Under the pieces are notes generated by a model. That model had not been told where the DNA came from. It ran no database searches and saw only the letters and a list, made by a program, of their open reading frames with translations. Positions 1-15,000 of a stretch of DNA of 64,000 bases are shown here, in pieces. The translations under genes and the position numbers were made by a program. Positions within the stretch are counted from its first letter, which is position 1, and the number at the start of each line of letters is the position of its first letter. Source of the DNA: Vitrella brassicaformis CCMP3155 (lineage: Eukaryota > Protista > Chromerida); contig CDMY01000473.1 of the NCBI GenBank assembly GCA_001179505.1, forward strand, positions 5,680 to 69,679. Reading direction: 5' to 3'.

Positions 1-3000
1 TCAACTTCCAGAAGGACAGTTGGCGAGCCAGCGATATCATACTGGGCAAGCAGGGATGAGAACAAACGAGGAGAACTAGCGGCATGCGGCGTGAAAGAAG
101 ATTATTTACCTCTTCTCTTTGCAAGGTGATGGTGCTTTTCCTCTCCACGGCCTCAAGAGTCACAGCGATAATGTCCTTTCGCTCAAGAGTCTTGGCTTCC
201 TCCCAGTGCTCGATTGGGATCTCCTTTCGCACACCGTGGGAAAGAGAGACAACACCAAGACCTGACAAGACAGAGAGAAAAGTTGAAGACATGTAAGAGA
301 AATAAACAGATGAATCGAAACATCTGAAAGGAGCTTACAGGCGATTTGCCTGATGCGAGCTTCTTTGATGGCAGGTTCTGGAGTCAAGAGCATGAAAAAC
401 AAAGAGCAAGCACGTACCGCCGAAAGAAGAGACGCATACACATGTGCAAGCACGTGGATTGATGAACGCAAATGTGCACCGACCGGACCGGCCCCCCGAC
501 AGCCAAATCCCCCACACAGCATAGCGTAGCGTAGCGTACCCTCCTCGGCTGGTGGCGCCGGCTTGCCCACTTCTGGCTTGGGCGGGAGGGAAATGTCGTA
601 ATCACCCGGCGGCACTTTCATATTGGGCTGCTTTATCACGATCTCTCCATCGACGATGTCAAACTAACCAACCAACCAACCAACCAGCGAGCCACAGGCA
701 GACAGCCATCGAGTCAATCGAGGGATGGTGAGCCAGGGAAGGGGCTTTGCATCTGTGTGTCTCTGTCTATGTGTGTGTGGTGGTTGGCTATTAACTAAGG
801 ACGGACTCACATCTTGGGGTCTGTGCAGGGGGATCTCGTGACCTTCTTTGTCTTCCAAGGTAATCTCATCGACCTCCTCCGGGGCCACGTTGGGTGGCAA
901 AGGCACGCGTGGCGATTCGCTGTCCACTGGGTGATGGCCCAGGTCTGCATGAAACCAATGCACACACACAGACAGACAGACAGATCGATCGCACATACTC
1001 ATGCATCTGCCTCAACAGCAGGTGTCTTGGTCTGTGTGTCGATGTGTTCGTATGTGTGTGTACCTTCTTTGGGCGGAGGGGGCGGCCTCGCTTCGGGCGG
1101 TGGGACCTCGATGGTAATGTCATACTGTGGCGGGAGGGAGCGAGGGAGCACGTTCGGGGGACAGGAATGTGAAGCAATGCGCTAGCAGCTTGTTGGCCTG
1201 TCTGTCTGTCTGTCTCTATGTATGTTTCTGTATGGATATGTGCGTGTGTGTGATCTATGTATCCATGTATCTTACGTCGCCGGGCGGGAGTCTGTCGTTG
1301 GGCTTCTTGATGACGACCTCTCCATCGATGACGTCGAATTCATCGGGGCGCGTGAGGTGGATCGTGTCGCCCGTGTCTTTGTCCTCGAGAGTGATGCCGT
1401 CGAAGTCCTCAGGCGGCCTCTCGGCCAGATCGGGCGGCAGCGGCAGATGGTCGGGCTTCTCCGGGTCGATGGGGTGAGTCCCCAGGTCTGTTAGTGACAG
1501 ACATACATAGACAGATAGATAAATGGCAAAGGAATGGGGCCGTACACACAACCAAATCCCCCACACAGCATAGCGTAGCATAGCGTACCCTCCTCGGCTG
1601 GTGGCGCCGGCTTGCCCACTTCTGGCTTGGGCGGGAGGGAAATGTCGTAATCACCCGGCGGCACTTTCGGATTGGGCTGCTTTATCACGATCTCTCCATC
1701 GACGATGTCAAACTAACCAACGAACCAACCAACGAGCCACAGACAGACAGCCATCAAGCCAATCGAGGGATGGTGAGCCAGGGAAGGGGCTTTGCATCTG
1801 TGTGTCTCTGTCTAGGTGTGTGTGGTGGTTGGCTATTAANNNNNNNNNNNNNNNNNNNNNNNNNNNNNNNNNNNNNNNNNNNNNNNNNNNNNNNNNNNNN
1901 NNNNNNNNNNNNNNNNNNNNNNNNNNNNNNNNNNNNNNNNNNNNNNNNNNNNNNNNNNNNNNNNNNNNNNNNNNNNNNNNNNNNNNNNNNNNNNNNNNNN
2001 NNNNNNNNNNNNNNNNNNNNNNNNNNNNNNNNNNNNNNNNNNNNNNNNNNNNNNNNNNNNNNNNNNNNNNNNNNNNNNNNNNNNNNNNNNNNNNNNNNNN
2101 NNNNNNNNNNNNNNNNNNNNNNNNNNNNNNNNNNNNNNNAGTGACGCCGTCGAAGTCCTCAGGCGGCCTCTCGGCCAGATCGGGCGGCAGCGGCAGATGG
2201 TCGGGCTTCTCCGGGTCGATAGGGTGAGTCCCCAGGTCTGTTAGTGACAGACATACATAGACAGATAGATAAATGGCAAAGGAATGGGGCCGTACACACA
2301 ACCAAATCCCCCACACAGCATAGCGTACCCTCCTCGGCTGGTGGCGCCGGCTTGCCCACTTCTGGCTTGGGCGGGAGGGAAATGTCGTAATCACCCGGCG
2401 GCACTTTCGGATTGGGCTGCTTTATCACGATCTCTCCATCGACGATGTCAAACTAACCAACCAACCAAACAACGAGCCACAGACAGACAGACAGCCATCG
2501 AGTCAATCGAGGGATGGTGAGCCAGGGAAGGGGCTTTGCATCTGTGTGTCTCTGTCTAGGTGTGTGTGGTGGTTGGCTATTAAGGACGGACTCACATCTT
2601 GGGGTCTGTGCAGGGGGATCCCGTGACCTTCTTTGTCTTCCAAGGTAATCTCATCGACNNNNNNNNNNNNNNNNNNNNNNNNNNNNNNNNNNNNNNNNNN
2701 NNNNNNNNNNNNNNNNNNNNNNNNNNNNNNNNNNNNNNNNNNNNNNNNNNNNNNNNNNNNNNNNNNNNNNNNNNNNNNNNNNNNNNNNNNNNNNNNNNNN
2801 NNNNNNNNNNNNNNNNNNNNNNNNNNNNNNNNNNNNNNNNNNNNNNNNNNNNNNNNNNNNNNNNNNNNNNNNNNNNNNNNNNNNNNNNNNNNNNNNNNNN
2901 NNNNNNNNNNNNNNNNNNNNNNNNNNNNNNNNNNNNNNNNNNNNNNNNNNNNNNNNNNTCCTCCGGGGGCACGTTGGGTGGCAAAGGCACGGGAGGCGAC

Positions 3001-6000
3001 TCGCTGTCCACTGGGTGATGGCCCAGGTCTGCATGAAACCAATGCACACACACAGACAGACAGACAGACAGATCGATCGCACATACTCATGCATCTGCCT
3101 CAACAGCAGGTGTCTTGGTCTGTGTGTTGATGTGTTCGTATTTATGTGTGTGTACCTTCTTTGGGCGGAGGGGGCGGCCTCGCTTCGGGCGGTGTCGGCT
3201 GCTTGTAGACCAATTGAAGCGCATATTGCTTGGATTGACTTATTCTCCCGTCCTTTAGCTCTGCCGTCAGCTTGCCGTCCTTCCTTTCGTACGCAATCTG
3301 AAGCAACACGTACATGTTCAAACGAACAAACGAACGAGCCAAAGAGTGAGCGAGTGAGTGGTCGACTGAGCTCGGCCGAGTGCACACATCGACCGACCAA
3401 GGACAGATAGGATGTGCAGTACTTTACTTTACTTGCCTGCCACTTCTGTATGCGTGTGTACATGTGTGTATATATATGTGTGTATATGTGTGTGTATGTG
3501 TGTACGCACGTACGTTGGTGACTGTGAATTTCTTGGTGCCGTCCTTGGGCGTCAGGGCAATGCCTTGGACCGTGGAGGTGTCGAGAGTGAAAGGCAAGGT
3601 GACTCTCAGCTTCCCTGTGTCGGTCGGTTGAGAAGGTGGCCCCGGGACGTCTTCAGTTGGTGGAGGGCCTCGGCCTGGCTTGAATACCAATCGCGAAGAG
3701 TACCGCTGGCCGCTCTCGATGCGATTATCGTTCAGCGTGATCGTCAGCCGCGACACACTCACCGAGAACTGCACTCATCAGCCACACACACACACACACA
3801 CACAAAGAGACACGCATATGTACACGTAGACACAAACACATGTACAGCCATACATACACACACAGCCAAACAATACAGTACAGACAGACAAACAGACAGA
3901 CAGACAGACGGACAAGAGCGTCCATCCGTGCTCTCTCTGCCTGTCGTCCCTATCTCAGCCAGCCAGGCAGGCATCGAGCCCCTATCGAGCCAGCAGGCTG
4001 GCCAGAATACGCAGACGTATACATACAGACACAGACATGCCTTCTTGACTGTGAACGGCTGTTGCTTGCCGCCAATGGGTGTGAGGACAACGTCGTCGAT
4101 GGTGTTGGGCTGCACTNNNNNNNNNNNNNNNNNNNNNNNNNNNNNNNNNNNNNNNNNNNNNNNNNNNNNNNNNNNNNNNNNNNNNNNNNNNNNNNNNNNN
4201 NNNNNNNNNNNNNNNNNNNNNNNNNNNNNNNNNNNNNNNNNNNNNNNNNNNNNNNNNNNNNNNNNNNNNNNNNNNNNNNNNNNNNNNNNNNNNNNNNNNN
4301 NNNNNNNNNNNNNNNNNNNNNNNNNNNNNNNNNNNNNNNNNNNNNNNNNNNNNNNNNNNNNNNNNNNNNNNNNNNNNNNNNNNNNNNNNNNNNNNNNNNN
4401 NNNNNNNNNNNNNNNNCAATCTGAAGCAACACATACATGTTCAAACGAACAAACGGACGAGCCAAAGAGTGAGTGAGTGAGTGGTCGACTGAGCTCGGCC
4501 GAGTGCACACATCCACCGACCGACCAAGCATAGATAGGATGTGCTGTACTGTACTTGCCGGCCACTTCTGTATGTGTGTGTACATGTGTGTATATATGTG
4601 TGTATATGTGTGTGTATGTGTGTACGCACGTACGTTGGTGACTGTGAATTTCTTGGTGCCGTCCTTGGGCGTCAGGGCAATGCCTTGGACCGTGGAGGTG
4701 TCGAGAGTGAAAGGCAAGGTGACTCTCAGCTTCCCTGTGTCGGTCGGTTGAGAAGGTGGCCCCGGGACGTCTTCCGGGGGGGGTGGAGGACGGACTCCTT
4801 CCTTGAACACCAATCGCGAAGAGTACCGCTGGCCGCTCTCTATCCTGTTGTCCTGAAGCGAGATCGTCAGCCGCGACACACTCACCGAGAACTGCACTCA
4901 TGAGCCACACACACACACAAAGAGACACGCATATGTACACGTAGACACAAGCACATGTACAGCCATACATACACACACAGCCAAACAATACAGTACAGAC
5001 AGACAGACAGACAGACAGGCAAGAGCGTCCATCCGTGCTCTCTCTGCCTGTCGTCCCTATCTCAGCCAGCCAGGCAGGCATCGAGCCCCTATCGAGCCAG
5101 CAGGCTGGCCAGAATACGTAGACGTATACATACAGACACAGACATACCTTCTTGACTGTGAACGGCTGTTGCTTGCCGCCAATGGGTGTGAGGACAACGT
5201 CGTCGATGGTGTTGGGCTGCACTCCGGGCGCCAGAGGAACCTCAAGGGCGCCCTTTGTCGTGGACTCACCCTCGCCGCCCTCCATCTCCGCGGGAGGTTG
5301 TGCTGTGGGCGCTTGCGGGATGTATCCTTTCTTGAATACTGCTTTGACCCTATACTCCTGCTTCTCCTTGAGATCAGGATCAAAGATGAGCACACCATTT
5401 ATCCCCGCTTCTGTCTTTTTCTGAAACTGAAACAATAGAATCGACAGTCGATTGCTCTCGTCTTCTACGCATAGTACCGTTTTGATTCTGAGCGTTTTTT
5501 CTGTCTTTTCTGCTCCCATCGACAGCACAATAAATTGATCGACTGCCTCAATGTCTATTCTTGGTGGGATCAAGACGGACAGCTCGCCCCCCACATCGCA
5601 GCGAAAAATGCCAATTCGTTCAAGGGGAGCCAATGAGGTGCCACGTTTCAAGATGATCTTCAGGGTGTATGTCTGCCCCTTTATTATGTTATTTGATGCC
5701 ATCTGGGCAACGTGTACTCCCATTTTTGTCTTTATCTTGAACTGAGATACAACAACGGTGGCATGAGAATTTTCCTTGTCTGAATGCAACCTCTCCTTTC
5801 AGTCTATGTAGCTTACCATGGTGACTGAAAAGAGTAACCCAGCTTCTTTTTGGTTGTTTGGTACCAAAAACAACCTCTCGATTACATCTGGGGACACATC
5901 TGGCGGCAGCGGAATTACAATAACTCCATCTTGTTCAGCAGTCTCTTTGCCTCCTTTGTGTATCTTCAAAAGCTCAGAACCCTCTTTCAGTACGACCTTG

Positions 6001-9000
6001 ATCCCATAGGTGACGTACTTCTTGATGCGTTCGTCTGAGATGGACACCTTGGTAATACTGTTCTCGTAAGTCACCTCAAACTGTCGACATGTAGACATAG
6101 ACAAGAGCTGTTTGCAGCGATGTATAGCCAGCCTCATACTGTCCTCACCTTGTGTGCGTTGAACGCGCTTTCATTCGTCCTAGGAGTCAGCACAAACGTA
6201 TGGATAGCCGGCATCGGTCGCTCCATCACGGTCGGGATCATTAGAAAGACCTCAAGCTTTCCACCTTCAGCTGCCCTTGCTTCAGGTCCGGAGAGTGTCG
6301 TCTTGTTTGGATGAACACCCGGTTTAAGCCTTGTTTCAGTCACATAGCTGTGGCCCGCCTTGATTTCTTGATCATATAGTGAGAAAGTGAGAAGGCCTTC
6401 GTCTTGCTGCCCTCTCTGGGTTGTCTTGTTGGTTTGCAGAAGGACCGCCACACTTCGTTGCGGACCGAAGGAAAATTGACAAGCGACAAATTCGGCACAG
6501 CAAGCCCTCTAGATGAAGAATGTGCTGCTTACCGTCTTGGACTCGAATCGGTTTCCTCGCTTCTCCGTATCTTTGAGTGCAAACGATGCAACGTCGTCCT
6601 TGTAGATGCCCTCAGGCAGACGCTCTTTAAGAGCGCCGTCCTTCTTTGCGGTATAGTTGCCGCATGCAATCCACACAGTCCCCTTTTCTGATAGTATAGA
6701 CAGAGAAGAAGCGATGGTTTCAGCTTTGAATGCAATGCAAAGGCCTACTCTGATCCTCTATTGCCTCCAGCACTTCCTCTATTGTCTCAGTGATGTTCTT
6801 TGCTGCAGCAGCGACAGCAACAATAGCTCTCGTAAGCAGACGACATGCAATGTATTTTGGGTAACGGTGAGTGAAGAGATGTCTCACGGTCAAGTCCGCG
6901 TACAATGAAGCCAAACAGTGCACCGAAGAGGTGGAGCAGTTGTTGGACTAGCAAAGCTCTGGTCGAATACAGCGAAGAGTCGTACGTCTCCTGACAGCGT
7001 TCATACACGCACACAGACAGACAGACAGACACACACACACGTGTGACATTAGTTGTTGGTTTCACTTTAGTCACTTGTAGCAGGTGTCGCCTTAGCAGGG
7101 TCTGCTTGGAGCTGAAGCCAAGAAGCCGCCTTCTCACTTTCGCGAAGTCTGTGGAAAGGGTCTGGTTCATCCTCTGCACCCCACTTGCTCCTCCTTTCAT
7201 AGGCTTGGAGCACTCTTTCCTGTTCCTCTGCTGTCGAAGAAGTGACGGAGGGTCCAGGAGAGCTGGGAGTAGGGTAGGGCGGATGTCCGCTAAGACACAG
7301 AGAAAGTGCCGGGCCCAAATTCCGAATATACTCGCCGGCAGGGCCCGGAAAGTCGCCAACCGAGGAAAACTCCACGGGATGGCCACTTTGGTCGATCGAA
7401 GAGAAGCTAATGAAGGGGCTTAGCTGGGTGAGGTTCATCTTGGTGTGGCGTGGGTTAATGCGCAGCGGCTTGCGGAGCTCGATAGCGTTGAAGCACATAC
7501 CGTTAAGGCGGCACGTGTCTGATCGTGAGCGAGAGCAGGTGAAAGGCAACGTCTTGCTCCTGTGTGCAACTAGAGTACCTTTTGTCATGCCGAGAGCTCG
7601 AGCTCCTTGCGTCCCTGATTGGAAGCCAAGCAGAAACGGTCTCGTGTGTACTCGTAATATCCATCTTGTCTACCTTCAGAGAGATTTCTCCAGACAGCTA
7701 AAGGCAAGTAGTCAGGCGTCACTGATCCCGCCAGCATGTCGATGGCACGCTCCCAGCCGATCTGTACGCCTGCATCGCGATGCGGCTCGTGGACGAGTTG
7801 TGCAATCGTGCCAGACTCAGGTGGGATGCTCTCGCTGAGTCCGACTTCCGAGGTCGCGCTCTTTTTTGGACGAGTGACCATATAGATCAGGCCTCCGTGG
7901 GGACCGATTTGGCGAGCATACTGAGACTTCAGGAATTGATCGCCATGAAAGTGCACAAAAGGCCCATGTTCTCTAGAGGCAGGCACAGTGGACAGACACG
8001 ATATCTGCAATACCTGGAATGGAAACTGTGTCTCCTTACTTGATCAAAGACGGACACACGTCTCCGTTCTTGTCGCACTCAACGGAGGCCTCAAGAGTGC
8101 CGAACCCACCGCAGCTCATCGAGCGCCATCGCTGAATGCGCGACACGCTGGGACCGACTGAGACGAGATCCATACTCGTCTCGTTAGCCACGTAAAGACC
8201 CATCAGATTCTTGATGCCCCACAGCGGCAGATGAAACAGAGGATTGTATTCATCTATAGACAAAAGAAGCAGGTACCATGCAATCAATCGCATTTGTACA
8301 ATCGAAGGCTTGCCAACGTTCCTACCACTCGGCTGGCACTTTGGCATTTCGCCTCTCCAAGTTCCATCTTGTTGGCAGATAATCGTTGATTCCGTAGCCT
8401 TGAACATCCCCGAGCAGCACAGGGCTACTCGTGAGCCACTGGCAAAGCCTTCATCGCTGACGGGGCCCTCAACACGGTAAAAAAAGCCATTTTCAACCTC
8501 AGGCACAGGGCAAGCGGCTGAAACAATGCACATATCGGGGTGCTTGGCCGAGCATTTGAGCGTGTCGTGTCTCTCATTACGCAGGCACGTCGGTCGCAAG
8601 CCTTCCTCGTCTGGCTTCCATTTTCCCTTCGGGTCGGCGGTTGTGGAACCCGGGAGCTCATTGCAGGAATACATAGTGCCGCCCGTCTGAACCAGACACA
8701 CAGATATGCCCCCATTCTCCATTCACCAAGCTGCGGACAATCTCTGCTTTACCAGGACGTATCCCGTCTTGCATTTCGGTACGACAATGTCGTGCAGTCG
8801 ATAGCGATTTTGAGCCGGCTCTATCACCTCAACATTGGTCAAGTGCGGCACGCCTCCGCACGGACCTTTCGCCTTCTTCACGATATCCAAAACCTCTGCA
8901 AACGCAAAAGAGGACGCCAAACAATGCGCAAGCCAAGGATACACCTGCCCATGGAGTGTTGTCTTTCTTGACCGAATCTACCATGCGATTCCATTGACCG

Positions 9001-12000
9001 CTGTTCATATTTGAAGACGGACGGGTCGGGTGTCAGAGTTGCCCCCTCTCCTTCTCTGCCGACGCACGTGACGCGCCCGACGTGCTCGAATGGCGTCAAC
9101 TTCCCGCGGTCACACCATGGAATGAGGATCGCCCCATCACCGACCGTGCTTCTTGCCGGCGCGACTGTTGCATTGTGAAATTCGTAGTGGCCCCTGAGTA
9201 GCCAGGGCACAACACATTCGAGCGGCGGGGCTGCAGAAAGCCAGAGTTGCAAAAAAAGCAAAGGTGTCCGAGTCTGCTCTTGATAGGCGCTTTGTCGTCC
9301 TTACACCAAACGCAAGCTGGCGTTTTGTCATCGTACGAGGTATCCTCTTGGCACTTGAGTATTCGTTTGCCGTAAAGGACATAATTAGGAGGACACTCAA
9401 GCACCACAGTCGTGTTGATTCGCATGCTCATGCCCTGCGCTACTCGCGGGGCGATGTATGGCTTGCCGAGGCCTGGGTCGACTGGGTTGGCCGGAGGAGC
9501 ACACTTTCCAGTCAGCGACACTGCATATGAGGGGCACAGACGGACAAATGTGCAAACGGCACGCTCAGCGCAGGGCAATCCGCTTCTCTGTCCTGTTGCC
9601 GTACCGCATGATGGTACGTATGCCTGTTGTCCATTCAGGTCGACAAAGTAGTGGTTTGGCCCCTCTGTGGTAGTACTTACGCCCATACCCGAGTACAGGC
9701 CCATAAGTACGTCAAGCAGCCCCTTCATGGTCTCCTGTTCCTCGCTCTTGGGTGGCGCGACGCCAATGCAAGTCAACACCGCCGACAGATGAGGCTCCAC
9801 TTTGAGACCGCCAGGACATTGCAGATAGACTTTGGTGCCTGTGACCACGGGCCGATGAGCGACGCGGAATGTCATGTGTTTGGTGCTTTCGATCTCGTCC
9901 ATTGGACAGATCCCTGGTAGAGACGCAGACGACCCAGCCAGTGGCGTGAGCTAATGTGTGTTGACCTGTCTTTTACCTTTGCACACTGGGAATTTGCCTC
10001 GAAATGTTCCGGTGTCTCCCGAGCACGATATCTTTTTGTCACCTACAAGCGCTGTATTGTTCGGACACTCGAACTGAATCTCATCCCCTGGCTCGAAGAA
10101 GGGGTCTGAAAAGATGAGGCGAGGGATGCTCTCGCCCACGCTGACGTAAGGGTACTCAGGCATGCGACACGGCTTCTGGACAACTGCAGATAAGATAGAG
10201 GGCCGAACATGGACGAGGGAGGCATGTATCACAAGAAATATAAACTACTGGCGCCTCGCAGGCTTACTTATGCATGACGGGACCTCTTTTTGTGTGGGAT
10301 AGAACTGCCACCGGCCATCCTCACGGCAGAGCGTCCGATCCGGTGCACCTACATACACGACAAATGGCACGGATGTATGCTATGTAATCTGTGGTCCTAT
10401 CACCTTTCGGCCATGAGGTGCCTGGCGCTGTACATCGGAATGTTGCCTGCGACCCTGATGTGATGCCGTCGTAGTCGACCGTGCCATTGACGGGGACAGG
10501 AGGTGGGCCGCAACTGACTGCATATACATATGATGAGCAGGAGCAGAAACACAACAAAGGAGGAGAATATCAATCAAGACAGCCATCGATCGACTGCTCC
10601 AGTGTCTCGATCGATTTTTGTCACCTGTCCTCAGGAGCGTGAAGGGATCTCCTGGCTTCTCGTGAAAGGTCTTTCCAATGCGCTGTATATCGTCATCGGT
10701 GAGCGCACGCTGGTACATGAGAATTGTCCGGATTCTGGTCTCCCGCAAGCAGTGTGCCGCCTGGCTGCCCTCGAGCATGTGTGTCTCAGGTCTGTTGTCG
10801 TCACTCGAGGCTGCGGGAGGCTTGACGCGACACCCAAGATCCAGAAAGCCACGCTCAACGGCCGTCGGGTTTACCCAGTCTGAATCTTTGGGCCTTGTGA
10901 GCAACAACTTCCCGTTTCTGTCAAGCAGGGAGAAACAAGTGGGCAAACGTGGAGGGATGGACGACGGATGACGCTATCGCCTGCTCACTTGAATATCTGC
11001 GTTTTGAAGTCGCGTCGTCGGATGGCCCATACCTCCCACTCATTTAGAATGGGTTGATTTGTGGCCTCGTGGCGGACCATTCCAAGCCGGGGGAGTTCCT
11101 TTGGTGGCGGTCCACCCACTGTGTCATACCCCATAGTCTCGAGCAGAGCCTGCTCAGGGTTATCAGCCGCCTCTTGTAGCGAAACGACATTTGCGAAACT
11201 CTCGGCTGCGAGTGCTGGGTTGGGGGAGCCCTGCGCGATCTCCAACCGGCCACTAAGGAAGGTGCACAAAGCAGAGCAGACGACAAGCAGCGGTTCTTTC
11301 GACAATTGTGTGTGCACCCATTTATGAGCCTACATACATTGGGCTTTCGGGCTCTACGGTGAGCTGAATCTCCCAGTTTGCTTTGAATTCACCTCCAGTC
11401 CAGCTCAGCAGGACTTGCGTGAGATGTGGTGCCGATGCAACAGCCTCTTCGTCTTCTTCTCCAGGCTGTGTCGCGTTCATCCGCGGCGGCCACTTCACAT
11501 GGAGAATGATAGTTATATCGCCTCTCGCAAACAAACGGTAGAGCAAATGGCTTGTCATCCATGAATCCTCTTTGAAATATATGGAGTTGGTCGATCTGAG
11601 CAGACGGACGGAGCCATGCAGTGCAGTGTTCGGACTTTGTTTGAATGTGTGGACTCTCTTTTGGCCTTCTTTGCTTGCCTATCGTAGAAGGGCGCATTTT
11701 TAGAGTACGGCTGACTGAAGTCGCCAAACCATCTCCTGCAATCTGATCCCCTCAAGTCGCTCCAAGAAGTGACTCGCTCGCCAAAGGGCCACTTGGCGGT
11801 TGAGACGGAAAAATGATACGCTGAGTAAGCGCCAACCAGCCCCTCGCATGGAATTGTCAGGTGCTGGGGGCATAAATCGCCTATGGCGCGGTCAACGGAA
11901 GAAGGGAGAGGCAAAAGACGTGTTTGACAGCAAGACACGAAGTGAGCAGCAGCGTGAGAGACCTACTCTTGGGTGCAATCCAATCGAATTGCCCAATTGC

Positions 12001-15000
12001 CTGCAGCAGGCGATACCCATCAGTCAAAGCAGCTGCCTGCTTTCCGCCCTCGTTTTTTGTCATCTCACCAGCCACGACACCGATTCTCTTGTATGCCACA
12101 TTTCCCTACATCCACGCAAAACAAGAGGAAAAGACATCTTGGCGGAAAGTCTTTCTCTTCTATATCCAAGCGTATATTGCCATCTACCGATCACTGCATC
12201 TTTCTTCTTGAACGAAGATCCTGTGTGTCAGAAAACGAGAAGCACATGTCAATCAATATGGACTTCTCTGGAGTTGTGCATATTCACTGACCGAGCATAA
12301 TCACTGCCTCTGTTCTTGATGCGGAGCTCTGGTGGTCACAAGAAGGTAACAAGGAAAACGGATGCCTCAGGATGTATGCCTCAGTCGTACAGAGGGAGGA
12401 CATGACTTAAATTGTCTGCTTACGGCATGCATCTCCTCCTCTGAATGTTATGATGCTCATGAAGACCCTGTTGTTAGCGATGTTGCCACCATATGAAATC
12501 CGGTACAGCCTGTGGTTCACACGGACGCCCTGCCAGACAGAGCGAGACATATAGATATTTAGATACGCGTCGCTCCTACTGACACTGTCTTTGCAGGGCA
12601 CGTACCGTGTATCCTCCATTTATGGGCACGCTGTCTGTGGGCGTAAGCAGCTGCGATTTGATGGGCTGGGAGAAAGCTACCCAGCCAAGAACTGGACGAG
12701 AGCGCGAGAAGCTACTTGCAAATGCAATGCAGTTCTTGCCCTTTCCTTTTCCTGCCTTCATTGAACTCGCGCATATCACGACGGTCTCTAAACCCGGAAC
12801 CCATGGTCTCGAGAGCGACCTGACAAATAAATGAGGCGGGAAAGAAGACAAGTAATGAATCCACACTGTCCGTCCGACGCCAAGGCCGCATTCAAATTAC
12901 AGACATGGAAGCCTCTTGTGCCGATGCGATGCTTCTCGCTGACGCGAGGGTGCACGAAACGTCGACCGCTATTATCTGTTTGGACCTGCAATTAGACAAG
13001 AGGCACAGGACGAAGAGGCATGATGGATCCACTAGATTTTGGCCTGACTGACTTGCACGACAACGATTGGCGGCTCAGTGAATGCTGCTTCAATGGGAAA
13101 TGTCACATACGTCCACTTCCGATTGCCCGCAAGCACCTTTCCAGCTTGATCAACCACAGAGAGAAAGCCAAAGAGAGAGCTGTCTTATCGATCCTGTCTT
13201 ATGTTTGTCAGTTCTACCTGCAACTGTTATTCCCTCGGGGAGAGTCGGCATTGTTGTGGCAAGGTGTCTGTGCACGCCACTCTCAACGACCTGGCAAAAC
13301 GGAAAACGGTAGAGTGCAGAAGCAGAAGCAAGCTCTGTGAGTGATTCCATGCTCGAGCAAGCCTCTCACCAGCCAGTCGATCGGCGTTCGGATGTGCCAC
13401 TGGTCCCTGGAAACACACGAAGGAAGCGTGAGGAAGACACGCGCTACAGCCCAGATGAGACAACCGTATTCGTGCAACGTCGACGCACCTGCAGGGGAAT
13501 GGCTCGTCCAATCTCATCTCGAAAGCGCCTGGATAGGACGGCAGACACATATGTTGAGAGTGACTGCAACTCACATGGCTCACCTGATCTGACGTTCTGC
13601 AATCGGACAACGGCCTCTTGGCCTCCACGCATGTCGGGGACACCTCCAATAACGACCTTCCAAATACAGAGGAAAGACACTTCAAAACACCGCCATGTGT
13701 CGTCGGATCATTCGTGTGCCTACCGGATCACTAAAGTAGCTGTTGGTCTTGACCGTCAGCCAATTTCTGGTATGTGTCACCATTCTGCCGACCTCTATCG
13801 GAAACTGAACACCGGATGCTGCATGCATGACCGTGGAGACACATACGCACAGAGCCTTCACTCATTGCTATGTCAGCTTTAGTACCGTCCCAACAGGCGG
13901 TCCTCGTGGGCTTCCATTTCTCAAGCTCCTTGAAGGCGTAAGGGGCCTCGGTGCGCGCACGAACCTCAGGCGGAAGGATCTCGAGCTTGACGCTGACTCG
14001 CCCGCTAGGAAGCTTGTCATTGGGCTGGACCACCAGGCCATCAGGGGTCACCTTGAACTGAGCAAGCGACGGACAGACAGATACACAATGACCGAGTGAA
14101 TGGATGAACGAATAACGTCGTGAAAGATGCGATCAAGACCAGTCTTGACTTATGCACTCGCTTGTTGTGTACCTACCTCGGCTGGCGGCCTCAGCACGTA
14201 CGTGTCTCCAGTCTCAATATCGGTCAAGAGAATGCCCGTGATATGTTCTGGCGGAATGTCCTTCAGGTGGGCGGGCAGCGGAAGTGTCACGGCAGTGTAC
14301 TTGCTGAGGAGGTGGTCGCCCATATCTGAATAATTCATTCGCAGGCAGATTGACGATTGAGTGAATGTGGTCACGACACATGTGGATTGATCGAATATGG
14401 CCTTGTATGTGTACCTTCTTCCCTCGGGCCTTGTGGCGGCGGCTGCGTGCCTGCCTCTGCAGTTTTGGGAGGCTTCACCTCCACCTTGACGTCGTAGTCT
14501 CCGCTTGGGACCTTGTCATTTGGCTTGATGACGATTTTTCCATCTTCGGTCACCTCCACCTGCACGCCGGGCCAACGTGTGTGTGACACTGCGTGTCGAT
14601 ATGTCTTGCTGCTTTCTGTTTCTTGTTCCTCCATACTTCATCAGGCGGTGTCAGTGTTATCTTGTTGCCTTGATCGTCCTCCAAGGTCACCCCCGTGAAG
14701 TCCTCTGGCGGCCTGCCAGTGAGCTCTGGCGGCAAGGGCACTTCAGCGGGCTTTGTGTTGTCCACCGGGTGGCGGCCAAGGTCTTCCTCGCTGGGAGGTG
14801 GCGCTGCCGGCGGCGGCTGTGCGCCTGCCTCTGTGGGCTTGGGAGGTTTCACCCCCATTTTGACGTCGTAGTCTCCGCTTGGGACCTTGTCATTTGCCTT
14901 GATGACGATTTTTCCATCTTCGGTCACCTCCACCTGCACGCCGGGCCAACGTGTGTGTGACACTGCGTGTCGATATGTCTTGCTGCTTTCTGTTTCTTGT

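Larger units (their letters stand above)
110..6440 (-). other. C-terminal array of novel Pro-linked repeat modules (exon-encoded)
   Basis: Exons such as DLGHHPVDSESPRVPLPPNVAPEEVDEITLEDKEGHEIPLHRPQD, VIKQPNMKVPPGDYDISLPPKP, GKLRVTLPFTLDTSTVQGIALTPKDGTKKFTVTN, GALEVPLAPGVQPNTIDDVVLTPIGG and DGVIVIPLPPDVSPDVIERLFLVP are diverged versions of one pattern. Confidence 0.8.

Noticed and set aside
540-3130. Regular repeat array that could be mistaken for CRISPR or a transposon
   Set aside because: The units are duplicated coding exons with GT-AG introns; there are no short repeat-spacer units, cas genes, transposase or TIRs.
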